Virus record (IMG/VR): IMGVR_UViG_3300026488_000013
Coordinates: 32,001-96,000 of that record
Length of the DNA stretch: 64,000 bases
Reading direction: 5' to 3' (one strand)
Source of the DNA: a virus
Positions 52,205 through 62,348 of the stretch are shown here, piece by piece. Both the position numbers and the translations under genes were made by a program. The first letter of the stretch is position 1. Every line of letters starts with the position of its first letter. The notes below the pieces were generated by a model. It was not told the DNA's origin, made no database searches, and was given only the letters and a program-made list of their open reading frames with translations.

Positions 52205-52838
52205 CTGTTATATCTAACTGTTCATCATTTATTATTAATGAAATGAAAATATTGTACGAAACACCTGCAAAAGAATTGTTAGAGGTGGATGTCTCTGAGA
52301 TAGACACTGTTTTAAGTTGAAGTCTATTGATTTTAAATTTAGTATTTAAAATTTGGACAAGATGAGACAGGAATTTTTCTATTTCCCTTTTAATTTGTGT
52401 TGCGGCGGTATTCGTATCCAAATACTTCAAAATATCGAAAATCGAGCTTCCATATCCGGGGTCAAACAATAAAACACCTTTTCTCGTTCGTATAAAATTT
52501 CTAAGATTAAAAACAACAAACTCGACCAGGTCTGTTATATAAAGCAAACCATATTCTGTTAACTCAAAATTTATATCTAATACTTTATCCTTATCAACAC
52601 CATCTTGTTCGTCAATATATTTTCCAACAGCCTTATATAACGACGATTCTATTGGTGTATTTTGGGATGAGCGTGAAGAGAATAAGGAAAGATTATTTTG
52701 GCTATTTATATAACTTTCGATTGATAATCTAAGCTTGGGGTCTAATATTAACGAACTATCGAATTCGTTGGTTAATTGAAGAGAAATCGGTAATTTTTTC
52801 TTTAATGTATCCGGTAATTCAGAAACAACTACCTTCAT
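52188..52838 (-). CDS. Baseplate wedge gp25/GPW-like protein
   Basis: LRNFIRTRKGVLLFDPGYGSSI signature. Confidence 0.82.
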   Translation of the reverse strand: MKVVVSELPDTLKKKLPISLQLTNEFDSSLILDPKLRLSIESYINSQNNLSLFSSRSSQNTPIESSLYKAVGKYIDEQDGVDKDKVLDINFELTEYGLLYITDLVEFVVFNLRNFIRTRKGVLLFDPGYGSSIFDILKYLDTNTAATQIKREIEKFLSHLVQILNTKFKINRLQLKTVSISETSTSNNSFAGVSYNIFISLIINDEQLDITDELKL

Positions 52839-52877
52839 TTTATTTCTTTTTTATCGTTATATTACTTTAAAAAAGAT

Positions 52878-54014
52878 TTATTTTTTCTTTTCAAGTTCTC
52901 TTTTTAATTTTTCATATTCTTGGATTTCCTTTTCTAATAATTCTTCTTCTCTGGAAACAATCCTATCCAATAAGGGCGCCGGAATAGACATAAAATTCAA
53001 TGTTTCAGAGAAATTTAATTTCGACGCATTATGCATTCTAATAAAATATTCCAACTTCTCATTATACTTATTAATCAATTTATTAACCATTATATTGGGA
53101 TGCATCCTGTCTATCAAATCTATATACAACTTCATATTATTTCCACATTCTGGACATATTACTTCCTGAATAGGAATAGGAAAATATTTTCCAATTACAT
53201 TTTTTTTATAAAAATTTAATATTTCACTAAAAAATTTTGCGGGCAATTTATCAATAAATTCTTTTATTTCCCAAAAATTGCTTATTTTTATTTTTTCATT
53301 TATTTTTATTTCTGAAATAAAAAATAAAATTAATTCGCCTTCACTAATTAAATTACTTAAATTATTATTTTTTAAAAATTTAAAGTTTGTCTGAAAATAT
53401 TTTCCTAAACTCGGCAATGAAAAAATAATTTCGATTTTTTTACCATCTTTTTCTTTTATAAATTTTTCATAATGTTTTTTGTAGCAAAATAAATCCTGAC
53501 ATGGGATAATCTTTAAAAAATAATTCGAAGTAAAAATTTTTTCCAGATTAATATTTATTTTAAAGGTATTTTCACAATATACACATTTTACTTCTTCCTG
53601 ACCCAAATATTTTATTTCATTTTTATTTAATACGATATTTGAATAAAATGACGATATTAAAAAATAAATGTCCCCTAAAAAAATTCCATTAATAAAATTG
53701 TTAAAATTATTTACAAAATTTAAATAATTTTCATAATTAAAATTATTTTTAAAAATAATTTCCGAATTAAAATATTCTGTTAATTCTTTATTTAAATTCT
53801 TAAAAATTATTCTTAAAAAATTAACTAATTTAAAATAATCTGAATTAAAAGATTTTAACTCAGAAATAATTTTTATCAAATTGTCTGGACGGGTATCTTT
53901 AACAGGATTTTTTACAAATAAATTAATTTTTGTTCCTAATAACGGAATAACAAAATAAGAAGAAGGAATGTCGTCCAAAATTTCTTTTATTGTTATCGTC
54001 GTTTTTTTTCTCAT
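52878..54014 (-). CDS. T4 gp26/gp51-like baseplate hub assembly protein
   Basis: CVYC ... CPEC pair; paralog of the neighbouring gene. Confidence 0.6.
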   Translation of the reverse strand: MRKKTTITIKEILDDIPSSYFVIPLLGTKINLFVKNPVKDTRPDNLIKIISELKSFNSDYFKLVNFLRIIFKNLNKELTEYFNSEIIFKNNFNYENYLNFVNNFNNFINGIFLGDIYFLISSFYSNIVLNKNEIKYLGQEEVKCVYCENTFKININLEKIFTSNYFLKIIPCQDLFCYKKHYEKFIKEKDGKKIEIIFSLPSLGKYFQTNFKFLKNNNLSNLISEGELILFFISEIKINEKIKISNFWEIKEFIDKLPAKFFSEILNFYKKNVIGKYFPIPIQEVICPECGNNMKLYIDLIDRMHPNIMVNKLINKYNEKLEYFIRMHNASKLNFSETLNFMSIPAPLLDRIVSREEELLEKEIQEYEKLKRELEKKK

Positions 54015-54017
54015 TAT

Positions 54018-54905
54018 TTAAATGTTAAATATTTTGGAAAGAAACTCTATTTGGGGGTTTAAAATTAATTTTATTTTTTCACCGCAGTTTTTACATTCTA
54101 TTTCAGTAGTGTATATAGGGATATAATCTTTCAATTCTTCAATTATTTTGTTAATGGCTTTTTGCTTATAATATATTGGCAGAGTTGAAATAAATTTGTT
54201 TATTTCGTGTGGCAGATTAAATTCATAATTTTCAGCCGGCGCCATATCATTGGAAGATTTATATCCTTCTACAATTATTTTTTCAACGAATAATTTAAGT
54301 TGGTCGTCTGGCACAGAAATTAACGGCGCAATCTCAAGCGGTGCATTTACATCTATATCTTTTAAAGAAGAATTAATAAACCTAACAAATTTTTCCATAG
54401 TAGGAATTTTCATAACCAACTTAATCTTTATTTTCTCAAATTGCTTAGCATTTTTAGGCCGCTCTATTTTAAATTCATATAATATCTCATATTCATTAAA
54501 AGGTATATCTTTATCCCATTCCTTATTTTCATTCTTATATTGTGAATATTCTATTTTAATTTTGTCGTCATACTTATATCCACATGCGCCGCATTCAATA
54601 TTATCTACCTCATGCTCCCTATATGAACATTCCAATATTTTCTTTAATAACTCAAAATAATCTAAATGACTATTTTCCTTCAAAAACTTATTTTTATCAT
54701 CCGTTTCCACTTTCGATATAGCAATTTCAATTAATTTCGTTATAACTGTTTTTAAATTAGATTTTTTCAATTTTCTCAATTCACTACCATATAATTGCCT
54801 TAATCCATATTCATTCTTCGATATAGGAAATTTAACAAAACATTTTTCATCTTCAAATATTTCTAATATTTCCTCTATAATATTGTTTCTTAAAATTTTT
54901 TCCAT
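54018..54905 (-). CDS. T4 gp26/gp51-like baseplate hub assembly protein
   Basis: FPISK..Y.LR, CGAC ... CKNC; GGAGG RBS. Confidence 0.65.
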   Translation of the reverse strand: MEKILRNNIIEEILEIFEDEKCFVKFPISKNEYGLRQLYGSELRKLKKSNLKTVITKLIEIAISKVETDDKNKFLKENSHLDYFELLKKILECSYREHEVDNIECGACGYKYDDKIKIEYSQYKNENKEWDKDIPFNEYEILYEFKIERPKNAKQFEKIKIKLVMKIPTMEKFVRFINSSLKDIDVNAPLEIAPLISVPDDQLKLFVEKIIVEGYKSSNDMAPAENYEFNLPHEINKFISTLPIYYKQKAINKIIEELKDYIPIYTTEIECKNCGEKIKLILNPQIEFLSKIFNI

Positions 54906-55038
54906 TAATCATAACCTCCCTTCTGTAAATTATTTCAATTACAAAATTAATTTCCCATATTAATTTTCTCCAACAAAATTTTGTTTCACATACTTGTTTT
55001 AAAAATTTATTTTTCCTTGAAAAGGAAAATGTAATTAT

Positions 55039-55387
55039 CACATAATTCTTAAATAAATATTCTTTCAGAAATTAATTTGTTCTATAAATGTGTATCATAT
55101 ATGATAGGTATTTCTTTTATTTATATATTTATCCAATAGATGTGTAATTTTATTTGTTTCAAATATTAAATAAGATTTGCCATGAAATATATTTAATCCT
55201 AACATTAGTTTTCACATTTTCCACAAATAGAGAAATATCCTTCTAGTAGTAGATATTTCTATTGAAAATAAAATATTGACTTATGAATTATTGAATATAA
55301 AATTTTATAATAGAGTTGAATAAATTCTACTATATACTGTATCTTCTTTTATAGTAATTATACCCAGCGGAAGTATATAATTATTTG
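55039..55387. repeat. Dispersed non-coding element, copy 3
   Basis: Same arms as copies 1 and 2. Confidence 0.92.
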
Positions 55388-55493
55388 AAAAAATAAAATA
55401 TTATTTGTGATAAAAAAAAATAATGAAAAAAATTGTTTAAGGAAAATACAGATTTGAGAAAAAATAGGATAAAGAAAAGAAGGGGAAGAAATA

Positions 55494-56990
55494 TTAAACA
55501 CCTACTAAAGTGATTTTGGCCATTTTTTTAGGGTCAATAGTTAAAATGGTGGATTGAGGATATACTTCTATTTTTGTGGTTCCACCGGATAGTTCAACAG
55601 TTCTTACGATGGGTGCTCCTAAAATCGCATCTATTATTCCAGGGTTATTTCTATTGCCTTGGGTTAGAAGATATAGAGTTCCTTTAGGAACAAAGTTGGA
55701 TTTGATTACTTCGAATTTTTGAATGGCCATCACTTGTCCGGCGGATACACCAACTTTCGAATTAGGGTTACCAAATAAAGTTACATAGTTGGTAAGAGAT
55801 TCAATTATATGGGCATCTTCAGGGTTTACAGCAATATATTTAGGTTCCATTAGAGTGTTGTTATATACCATGTTGATAGCTTTTAGTAGGAAAGGAATTA
55901 GATAGGCATAAAAATCTGCAGGGTTAGACGGATTTAGTTGAGGAGGCATATTAGTGAAATCTACAGTGAAATTGGCAGAAAAACCGCCCTCATTAATTTT
56001 TAGTTCACTAATTATTTCGGCATCTTTCATTAATTGAATTTGAGCCTTAATAGCATCGGCCAAGTCTCTTAAATAATCAATGTTGTATTGACCCTTGAAT
56101 TCCACTTTTTTCCATACATCAGTTACAGCTTCGAAAGGAATAGTTGCTTCTACATATCTTTGTATGCTTTCTATTTCTTCATCGAAAACAACTTTATAAC
56201 CGTTGTCATTAGTGGAAGAGATGATAGTTTTAATAGTTACAGTTTCAGGTGTAATAGTAGAACTTTCAAGAGATTTCGCAACAGCACTTACAGTTATATC
56301 TCCTGTTCTATCGTCAATTCTTATGGTTATTTCAATATATCCTTTAACATCTGTAGTTTCAACTTTTGCGTATATGGTTTTGTCTGCCTTTACATATGCT
56401 GTGACATATTCGGTATGAGTGTTGCCATCCCCATCCTTCCAATCAACTTTTGTCAACATAGTTTTTGTAAGAATTACTTTGTATCCTTTTCCGCTAAGCC
56501 CCGCCTTAGTGAAAATATTGTCGGTAGTATTAACTGAAAATGTCAACTCTTTATATAGCTTAGAATAAATATCTACAGGTTTAGGAACTTCAAAAGTATC
56601 TACAACAATATCTCCATTTAATATTTTTGCGACACGTTTTTTAATGTTTACTTCTACCTTATTATTATCGGTTTTAAAAGGTATAGCCAATTTAGCCAAT
56701 ACAGGTTTTTGATATAGCTCGGCCAAGGCAGGATAATATGCAACTACAGCGGCCAGTGTTTGACCATTGTTTATAATTTCTGCTTCATTAATCATTTGTG
56801 TAAATTCCAAAGCAGCCTGTTCAAAAAGCTCCGCAGATTCACTAGGCAATTTAGTAGCTATAGATTCTATATAACTGTATAATCTTTTTTTGTCTTTAAT
56901 AATTCCGGACAAATCACTTTCTGTAAGAGTTCTGGTTTTTCCTAGAGTTTTTCCTATTACTTCTTCGTACTGTTCTAGAATTAAGGTCAT
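55494..56990 (-). CDS. Major capsid protein
   Basis: Follows the prohead protease; strong AGGAGG RBS; N-terminal LxE cleavage motifs; HK97-like C-terminal pattern (YIAVNPED, VIKSNFVPKG). Confidence 0.78.
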   Translation of the reverse strand: MTLILEQYEEVIGKTLGKTRTLTESDLSGIIKDKKRLYSYIESIATKLPSESAELFEQAALEFTQMINEAEIINNGQTLAAVVAYYPALAELYQKPVLAKLAIPFKTDNNKVEVNIKKRVAKILNGDIVVDTFEVPKPVDIYSKLYKELTFSVNTTDNIFTKAGLSGKGYKVILTKTMLTKVDWKDGDGNTHTEYVTAYVKADKTIYAKVETTDVKGYIEITIRIDDRTGDITVSAVAKSLESSTITPETVTIKTIISSTNDNGYKVVFDEEIESIQRYVEATIPFEAVTDVWKKVEFKGQYNIDYLRDLADAIKAQIQLMKDAEIISELKINEGGFSANFTVDFTNMPPQLNPSNPADFYAYLIPFLLKAINMVYNNTLMEPKYIAVNPEDAHIIESLTNYVTLFGNPNSKVGVSAGQVMAIQKFEVIKSNFVPKGTLYLLTQGNRNNPGIIDAILGAPIVRTVELSGGTTKIEVYPQSTILTIDPKKMAKITLVGV

Positions 56991-57128
56991 TATTTATATT
57001 CCTCCTATTAGATTTTTAATTTTTATAACGAATAATTTAATTAATTATTTTTTTTGATTTTATCGGGGAAAATTTAACTTATTAAAAATACGAAAAAAAA
57101 CTTTTTAGAAAATAAAATTTTGAAAAAA

Positions 57129-58937
57129 TTAATAATCTGCCAAAAATGCAATAGCCAGTTCTTTATCCGGTATTAATTCTAAAATTTCTTTATTTTCAAT
57201 TAAAAATTTATTTTCCAAATAATTTGAATTAGAAATATTTTCCAAAATTTTATCTGCTAATTTATTAATTTTTTCATTCGATAGGTCTTCTTTTTCAAAG
57301 AATAATTTTTCAAAAGCTTTTATAATATTATTATAAATTGATTCGTTTAAAAGTGGTGCTAATAATTTATCAATATATTCATTTAGTTCATCGTTTGAAA
57401 ATTCATAGATTTCTTCAGGTTCTTCCTCATCATAATCAATTATATCTTCCATCACATTAGTTTTTAATATTTCTCTCTCAATTTCGGTAATGTTATCAAA
57501 TTCATTAATTATTTCTTTAGCTAATTGTTCATTTTCAACAATAAACGAAATAATTTCGTTTTCGTCATATACATTAAATCCTATTTCAAATAATTCGTTT
57601 GTATAAAGCGGCGCACTTTTAGGTTGACTTATGTCAATATTAGGAACTAATTTCCTGTCAATATACTCCAACAATTCTGATAATTTATTTAAGTCGTAAT
57701 CAAATTTTTCCATAAATAATTCATCAATAAACGTTTCAGCTAATATTTCAGATTCATTTATATTTTCGATTTGAGATTCATCAATATTTGGAGTATTATA
57801 TTGCCAATACATTTGGAGATATTTTTTAAGTCCCATTCTGGGGCCGCAGGTCATCAATGACAGAGGAGTTATATAACCGGCGTTGATTTGCGTATAATTT
57901 TTATCTATTATTTCATTAGCTAATCTTTCCACATAAGATATAACAGCTTTAGTAATGAACTCATTTTTATCAAAAGCTTTACAAAACTCGTTATTTACAC
58001 ATACTACTACAGTATCATCGCTCATCGTTACATTTATTTTGGATACATCATCCGCATACATTATTCTTTGGATGTATTGTTTCAAATCTTCATCAATATC
58101 TGTTTCAGTAATAGAAATGGTATTATTGCTGGAATTTTTTATTTTTTCTAATATATCTTCGGGAATAATTACTGAGCCGGGGATAATTTTATTAACATTG
58201 GGTGTGGAAGAAATTTCAGATTCTGTCAATAGAGAAATACTATCTGGTGTTATAATTTCATTTTCTTGAATTTCTACTAAGCGTGCGCTTTGGTGAGATG
58301 GATTGATAACAACATCATAAGTTAGCGGTTTTTCTAATTTTTCAACCAACAGATACGATTGGCCGTTTTCGTTAATAGGAACCACTTTACCAAACGCCCT
58401 GAGGGAAAATCCTACATTATATCCTTCTTTAATAAGAGAATATACCATTTGACCTTTAGGATTATCTAAAGTTACTCCTTCAACTATAACCCTTTTACCA
58501 TCGAAATCAATATTTTTATAAAGAACACCTACTTCTTTAATAAATATTTGGGATGCTCTACGTTTCAATACTTGGGGGTCGGATGTTTCTACGAACGGAT
58601 GGTCAACTTCTGCCGGTAATCCGCCACGCTTTCGTATTTCAGCTTTGAAATATTCAACAGCTTCTTGAAGAACTTCAGGCGGATAATATCTGCCATTTTT
58701 ATTAATTTGTGTAGATTCTTGAACAATTGCCCTAAACCCTACTTTTCCTGATTTGCTTATAGGAGAATAACTTTCATTAATAATTTCTAATTCAGATATA
58801 ATATCATCAGATTGAAAAGATTCTAAAATATTGGATACTACAGACAAACTATCCTTTTTAGTTAACTCTTTTATTACCGACGGTTTCGTTATGTAAGGTT
58901 TTTCTATAATAAGAGCTAGAAATTCTTTATTGTTCAT
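57129..58937 (-). CDS. Prohead core protease (T4 gp21-like) with long acidic C-terminal extension
   Basis: INKNGRYYP, EVDHP, VGFSLRAFG, TYDVVINPSH. Confidence 0.9.
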   Translation of the reverse strand: MNNKEFLALIIEKPYITKPSVIKELTKKDSLSVVSNILESFQSDDIISELEIINESYSPISKSGKVGFRAIVQESTQINKNGRYYPPEVLQEAVEYFKAEIRKRGGLPAEVDHPFVETSDPQVLKRRASQIFIKEVGVLYKNIDFDGKRVIVEGVTLDNPKGQMVYSLIKEGYNVGFSLRAFGKVVPINENGQSYLLVEKLEKPLTYDVVINPSHQSARLVEIQENEIITPDSISLLTESEISSTPNVNKIIPGSVIIPEDILEKIKNSSNNTISITETDIDEDLKQYIQRIMYADDVSKINVTMSDDTVVVCVNNEFCKAFDKNEFITKAVISYVERLANEIIDKNYTQINAGYITPLSLMTCGPRMGLKKYLQMYWQYNTPNIDESQIENINESEILAETFIDELFMEKFDYDLNKLSELLEYIDRKLVPNIDISQPKSAPLYTNELFEIGFNVYDENEIISFIVENEQLAKEIINEFDNITEIEREILKTNVMEDIIDYDEEEPEEIYEFSNDELNEYIDKLLAPLLNESIYNNIIKAFEKLFFEKEDLSNEKINKLADKILENISNSNYLENKFLIENKEILELIPDKELAIAFLADY

Positions 58938-58981
58938 TTTGAGAGAAAAGGAAAGGAAAAATACAGGTCGATAGGTATTAT

Positions 58982-59677
58982 TTATTTGACTTTAGTAGGG
59001 TCTATTCCATGTAGAGGGTTTAATTTGGGAACGTTTTGTGTCGTATTTGTTGCTTTATCTGCAATATCATTGACAACATGTTGAGATGTTTGTTGTGTTC
59101 CTCCGTGCAACATATTTATCACTTTATCTTTAATAGCTTCAATTCCTTCTTTTGTTTTATCTGCAATATCGTGTGCAACATCTCTTGCTTTATCTGCTAG
59201 CTCTCCAGCAATTTGTTTGGTATGTTCGGGGTTGGATAAAGCCGCAGCTGCTGCGGCACCAGCTCCTAAAATACCTGCACCAATTGCTCCCCATTTTAGT
59301 GCTTTTTTCATTTTTTCTTTTAATTGTGGAGATAGAGACAATTCGTAAAAGAGGGTATCCATAACGCCTATAGCATAGGATTCTACAATATCCTTTAAGT
59401 AAAGATAGAAATTTTCATTCGCAAAAGTTTCATTTAAATATTCCGGATTTCCATTAATCGTTTCAAAAATGGAAGCAACGATGTTCGAAACATATTCCGT
59501 AACTAATTCAGAAGCTACTTTTTCAATCTGATATATAGTTTCTTCGGGCAGTATATTTTCTTGAATTAAGTCCCCATATTTGCCGGCAGCAATTTGATAT
59601 GCTTCTTCTAAAGCTTTACTTGTAACATTTTCTACTAATTGTATAATGTCGTTGAATTCCTTTTCTGTTAATTGCAT
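58982..59677 (-). CDS. Putative internal head protein (acidic N-half, hydrophobic/amphipathic C-half)
   Basis: GGAGG RBS; LxE-rich leader, then WGAIGAGILGAGAAAAAAL. Confidence 0.6.
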   Translation of the reverse strand: MQLTEKEFNDIIQLVENVTSKALEEAYQIAAGKYGDLIQENILPEETIYQIEKVASELVTEYVSNIVASIFETINGNPEYLNETFANENFYLYLKDIVESYAIGVMDTLFYELSLSPQLKEKMKKALKWGAIGAGILGAGAAAAAALSNPEHTKQIAGELADKARDVAHDIADKTKEGIEAIKDKVINMLHGGTQQTSQHVVNDIADKATNTTQNVPKLNPLHGIDPTKVK

Positions 59678-59722
59678 AATTTATAATAACCTCCTTTTGG
59701 TTTTAAAATTAAAAAAAAATAA

Positions 59723-60628
59723 TTATTTACCTCTTATTAGAGCCGTATGAATTGGACGAAGCCTGTCAGCTATTTTTATACCAAATAAACGTCCTCGTTC
59801 GAACCCCGTCCTATGACCTTCAGTATATCCTTTATCCATTCCTATTCTAGCGCCGACTAAACTTCCAACTAACATACCATGTCTTTGTCCAATTTCAGCA
59901 CCTCTATCGTATCCCATTTTATAAAGTTTAGTATTATTTAAATCCCCTTTTAAGATTTTGATAGCTTCTTCAGATGCAAATTTTGCCCTTTTTGCAATCG
60001 TTTTAACTTTCTCTTTCTTCTGTTTAAGTTTTTCCTTAACTTTGTTCAATTTATCTTTTATTCTTTGGTATCTTTCAGATTGTTTTAGTTTATTAATTTT
60101 ATCAAGTAGTTTTTGTTTATATTCATTTAATTTAGATTTAACAATAGAACCTGTTGTATTATATTTTTCTTTGGTAATTTCGGCCGCTTTTTTTGCACGT
60201 TGTTTAACAATATCTAATATTCCCGAAATATTTAATCGTTTAGACTCCTGTATTTCTTCTTTATATTCATATCCTTGTTCAAAAACTAATTCAGATTGCA
60301 AAATTTCGCTAACAGTTCGATAGGAATTTTCAACTATATATGGGAAAATCGCAGACACGTAATTTTCATCAAACCCTTCCGATAGAAGTTCAATTATTGT
60401 ATATTCTTGCAGTAGAGATACCAATTCTATAAATTCTTTTGCAGTTTCAATAAATTCCTCTTGTTTTTCAATAGATTCAAATACCAGCTCTCCTTCCTGA
60501 ATTAAATCTTTATAAGATTCATTAATTATTTCTTCATTGACTTCTCTTAAAATATTAAATATCTCGTCTCTTCCTCTAATTGATGTAATATTTTGCCCGG
60601 TTTTAGTTTGAAAAATACTTAAAGTCAT
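59723..60628 (-). CDS. Putative internal head protein (acidic N-half, Lys-rich C-half, GxxxG repeats)
   Basis: AGGAGG RBS; sharp charge switch along the protein. Confidence 0.6.
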   Translation of the reverse strand: MTLSIFQTKTGQNITSIRGRDEIFNILREVNEEIINESYKDLIQEGELVFESIEKQEEFIETAKEFIELVSLLQEYTIIELLSEGFDENYVSAIFPYIVENSYRTVSEILQSELVFEQGYEYKEEIQESKRLNISGILDIVKQRAKKAAEITKEKYNTTGSIVKSKLNEYKQKLLDKINKLKQSERYQRIKDKLNKVKEKLKQKKEKVKTIAKRAKFASEEAIKILKGDLNNTKLYKMGYDRGAEIGQRHGMLVGSLVGARIGMDKGYTEGHRTGFERGRLFGIKIADRLRPIHTALIRGK

Positions 60629-60656
60629 ATTTAATAGGTTCCTCCTGCGGATTTTT

Positions 60657-61322
60657 CTATAAAATTCTTTTTAATGCTTTTTGAAGTGTTATATCTGCTG
60701 CCTTTTGGAGTGTATCACCCGTTTTTTCAGCGCCTGTGCCTGCCGTAGTTAATGCAGTTTTGCTTATTGCAGATAAAATTCCGACCGTTCCAAAGGTTGT
60801 TTCCCCACCAATTCCAGTATATTTCATTATTTGAGCCAATTTTTTAAGAATTTTATCTTTTAATTTAATGTCTCTGGGATTTTTACTTTCTATTTTTTTC
60901 AATATTTGTTCGCCCTTAATTCCTAATTTCGCAAATAAGTCTGATAATGTAATTGATGGTTTTTCTATTCCATGATGGATTAATTTAGATGCAAATTTTG
61001 ACGATTTACCTGCCAATTTGAGCGAGGTTCCTGCTAAACCCAGCGTCCCACCTGCAAACGCCAGGGTATATCTTGCATTATTTTTAATACCTCTACCGGC
61101 CTTCTTTAGATTGTCTAAAACACCATATGATTTAAATTTTGATAAAATATTTGGTTTAGGTGATGATATTTTTACTTTAGATGAAATTCCGGATAACTTA
61201 TTTTTTATGAAAGATTTAATCTCATAGAGTTGATAATCAGAATAGTATGTTGGATTTTCGTTTAATAAAATAGAAAAAATACCACATTGGTGTGTATTAT
61301 TTATAGAAAGGAAAATACTCAT
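60657..61322 (-). CDS. Basic Gly/Ala-rich hypothetical protein
   Basis: ORF in the head cluster. Confidence 0.6.
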   Translation of the reverse strand: MSIFLSINNTHQCGIFSILLNENPTYYSDYQLYEIKSFIKNKLSGISSKVKISSPKPNILSKFKSYGVLDNLKKAGRGIKNNARYTLAFAGGTLGLAGTSLKLAGKSSKFASKLIHHGIEKPSITLSDLFAKLGIKGEQILKKIESKNPRDIKLKDKILKKLAQIMKYTGIGGETTFGTVGILSAISKTALTTAGTGAEKTGDTLQKAADITLQKALKRIL

Positions 61323-61405
61323 TACATTTGGATTTTATTTGAGAAAAAAATTAAATATGAAAAAAACGAAAGAGAGAGAAAAAAAGAGAATTAGATATTA
61401 TTTAA

Positions 61406-62257
61406 TTAAATATCTTCGCCGGTTTCATCAGTGGTTGTAGTAGTAGAAGTATCGGTTGTAGTTGTATCTGCGGTGCTGGTATCACCTATAGTTCCATCTT
61501 GATTAATATCGGCAGCAGTTTCAATAGCTTCATCTACTGTATCGGTATAGGGGCAAGGTTCGAATTCCAGAGTAATAACGGGATTAGTTTCTTCTACTTC
61601 ATACTCAAAATCATAGGCTTGATTTAAGAAATTAACTAATTGAACATCGGATTTAACATAATATTCAATTTTATAAAATCCATCCTCGGGATTAGTTGCA
61701 TAGCGGTAAAGCCTACCAACAACGTTACCACTATCATCAGTTATGTCTTTGGTTTCAATTAGTTGCATGTTTTCTTCCCTTTCCCCGTTATCTGTTACCA
61801 ATACTAGTTTTACTGTTACAATTTTATTAGTATTAGGGTCATATACTTTGGAAGTGGATTTTACTTGGGGAATAGTTGACATTTTACGCAAGAAATCAAG
61901 CAAAGATACATTAGAACCATCGGGTAGAGTTAAACATAGTCTGTTAAGCAAGCCTTCCTGAGAGATGGTTTTTAAAACTTTTTCAAGGATTTCTTCCAGT
62001 TGACCTTTTTCAGCATCGGTTAGAATTTCCGCCAATGTTCTAACTTCATCTAATTCAGATTGAAGTTGGGCGAGTTTATCGTTTAGGGTGGTAGTTACAC
62101 TATCAATATAGTTTTTTAAGGTAGTTTTAACATTATCATCTGCTAGTTCAACGGCCTGTTTAAGTGCCTCTATCATCTTAAGAATGTTGCGAATGTTTTG
62201 TCTCATAAACATGTCGGTGCCGATTTGTAAACCTTCGATTACTCTTTCTACTGCCAT
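61406..62257 (-). CDS. Putative virion protein with DxNxDG motif and Thr/Asp-rich tail
   Basis: AGGAGG RBS; DINQDGTIG; DTSTADTTTTDTSTTTTT. Confidence 0.7.
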   Translation of the reverse strand: MAVERVIEGLQIGTDMFMRQNIRNILKMIEALKQAVELADDNVKTTLKNYIDSVTTTLNDKLAQLQSELDEVRTLAEILTDAEKGQLEEILEKVLKTISQEGLLNRLCLTLPDGSNVSLLDFLRKMSTIPQVKSTSKVYDPNTNKIVTVKLVLVTDNGEREENMQLIETKDITDDSGNVVGRLYRYATNPEDGFYKIEYYVKSDVQLVNFLNQAYDFEYEVEETNPVITLEFEPCPYTDTVDEAIETAADINQDGTIGDTSTADTTTTDTSTTTTTDETGEDI

Positions 62258-62348
62258 ACGATAACCTCCTTATTAAAAAATTGTTTTATATTTTTTTTGA
62301 AAAATAAAAAAAATAATTTATTCATTTAAAAAAAATATATTTTTAATT

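Noticed and set aside
15752-55387. Repeat elements as CRISPR mini-arrays
   Set aside because: Only two degenerate ~50 bp units per locus around a 130-170 bp core, which is not CRISPR geometry. No cas genes other than a solo Cas4-like protein.
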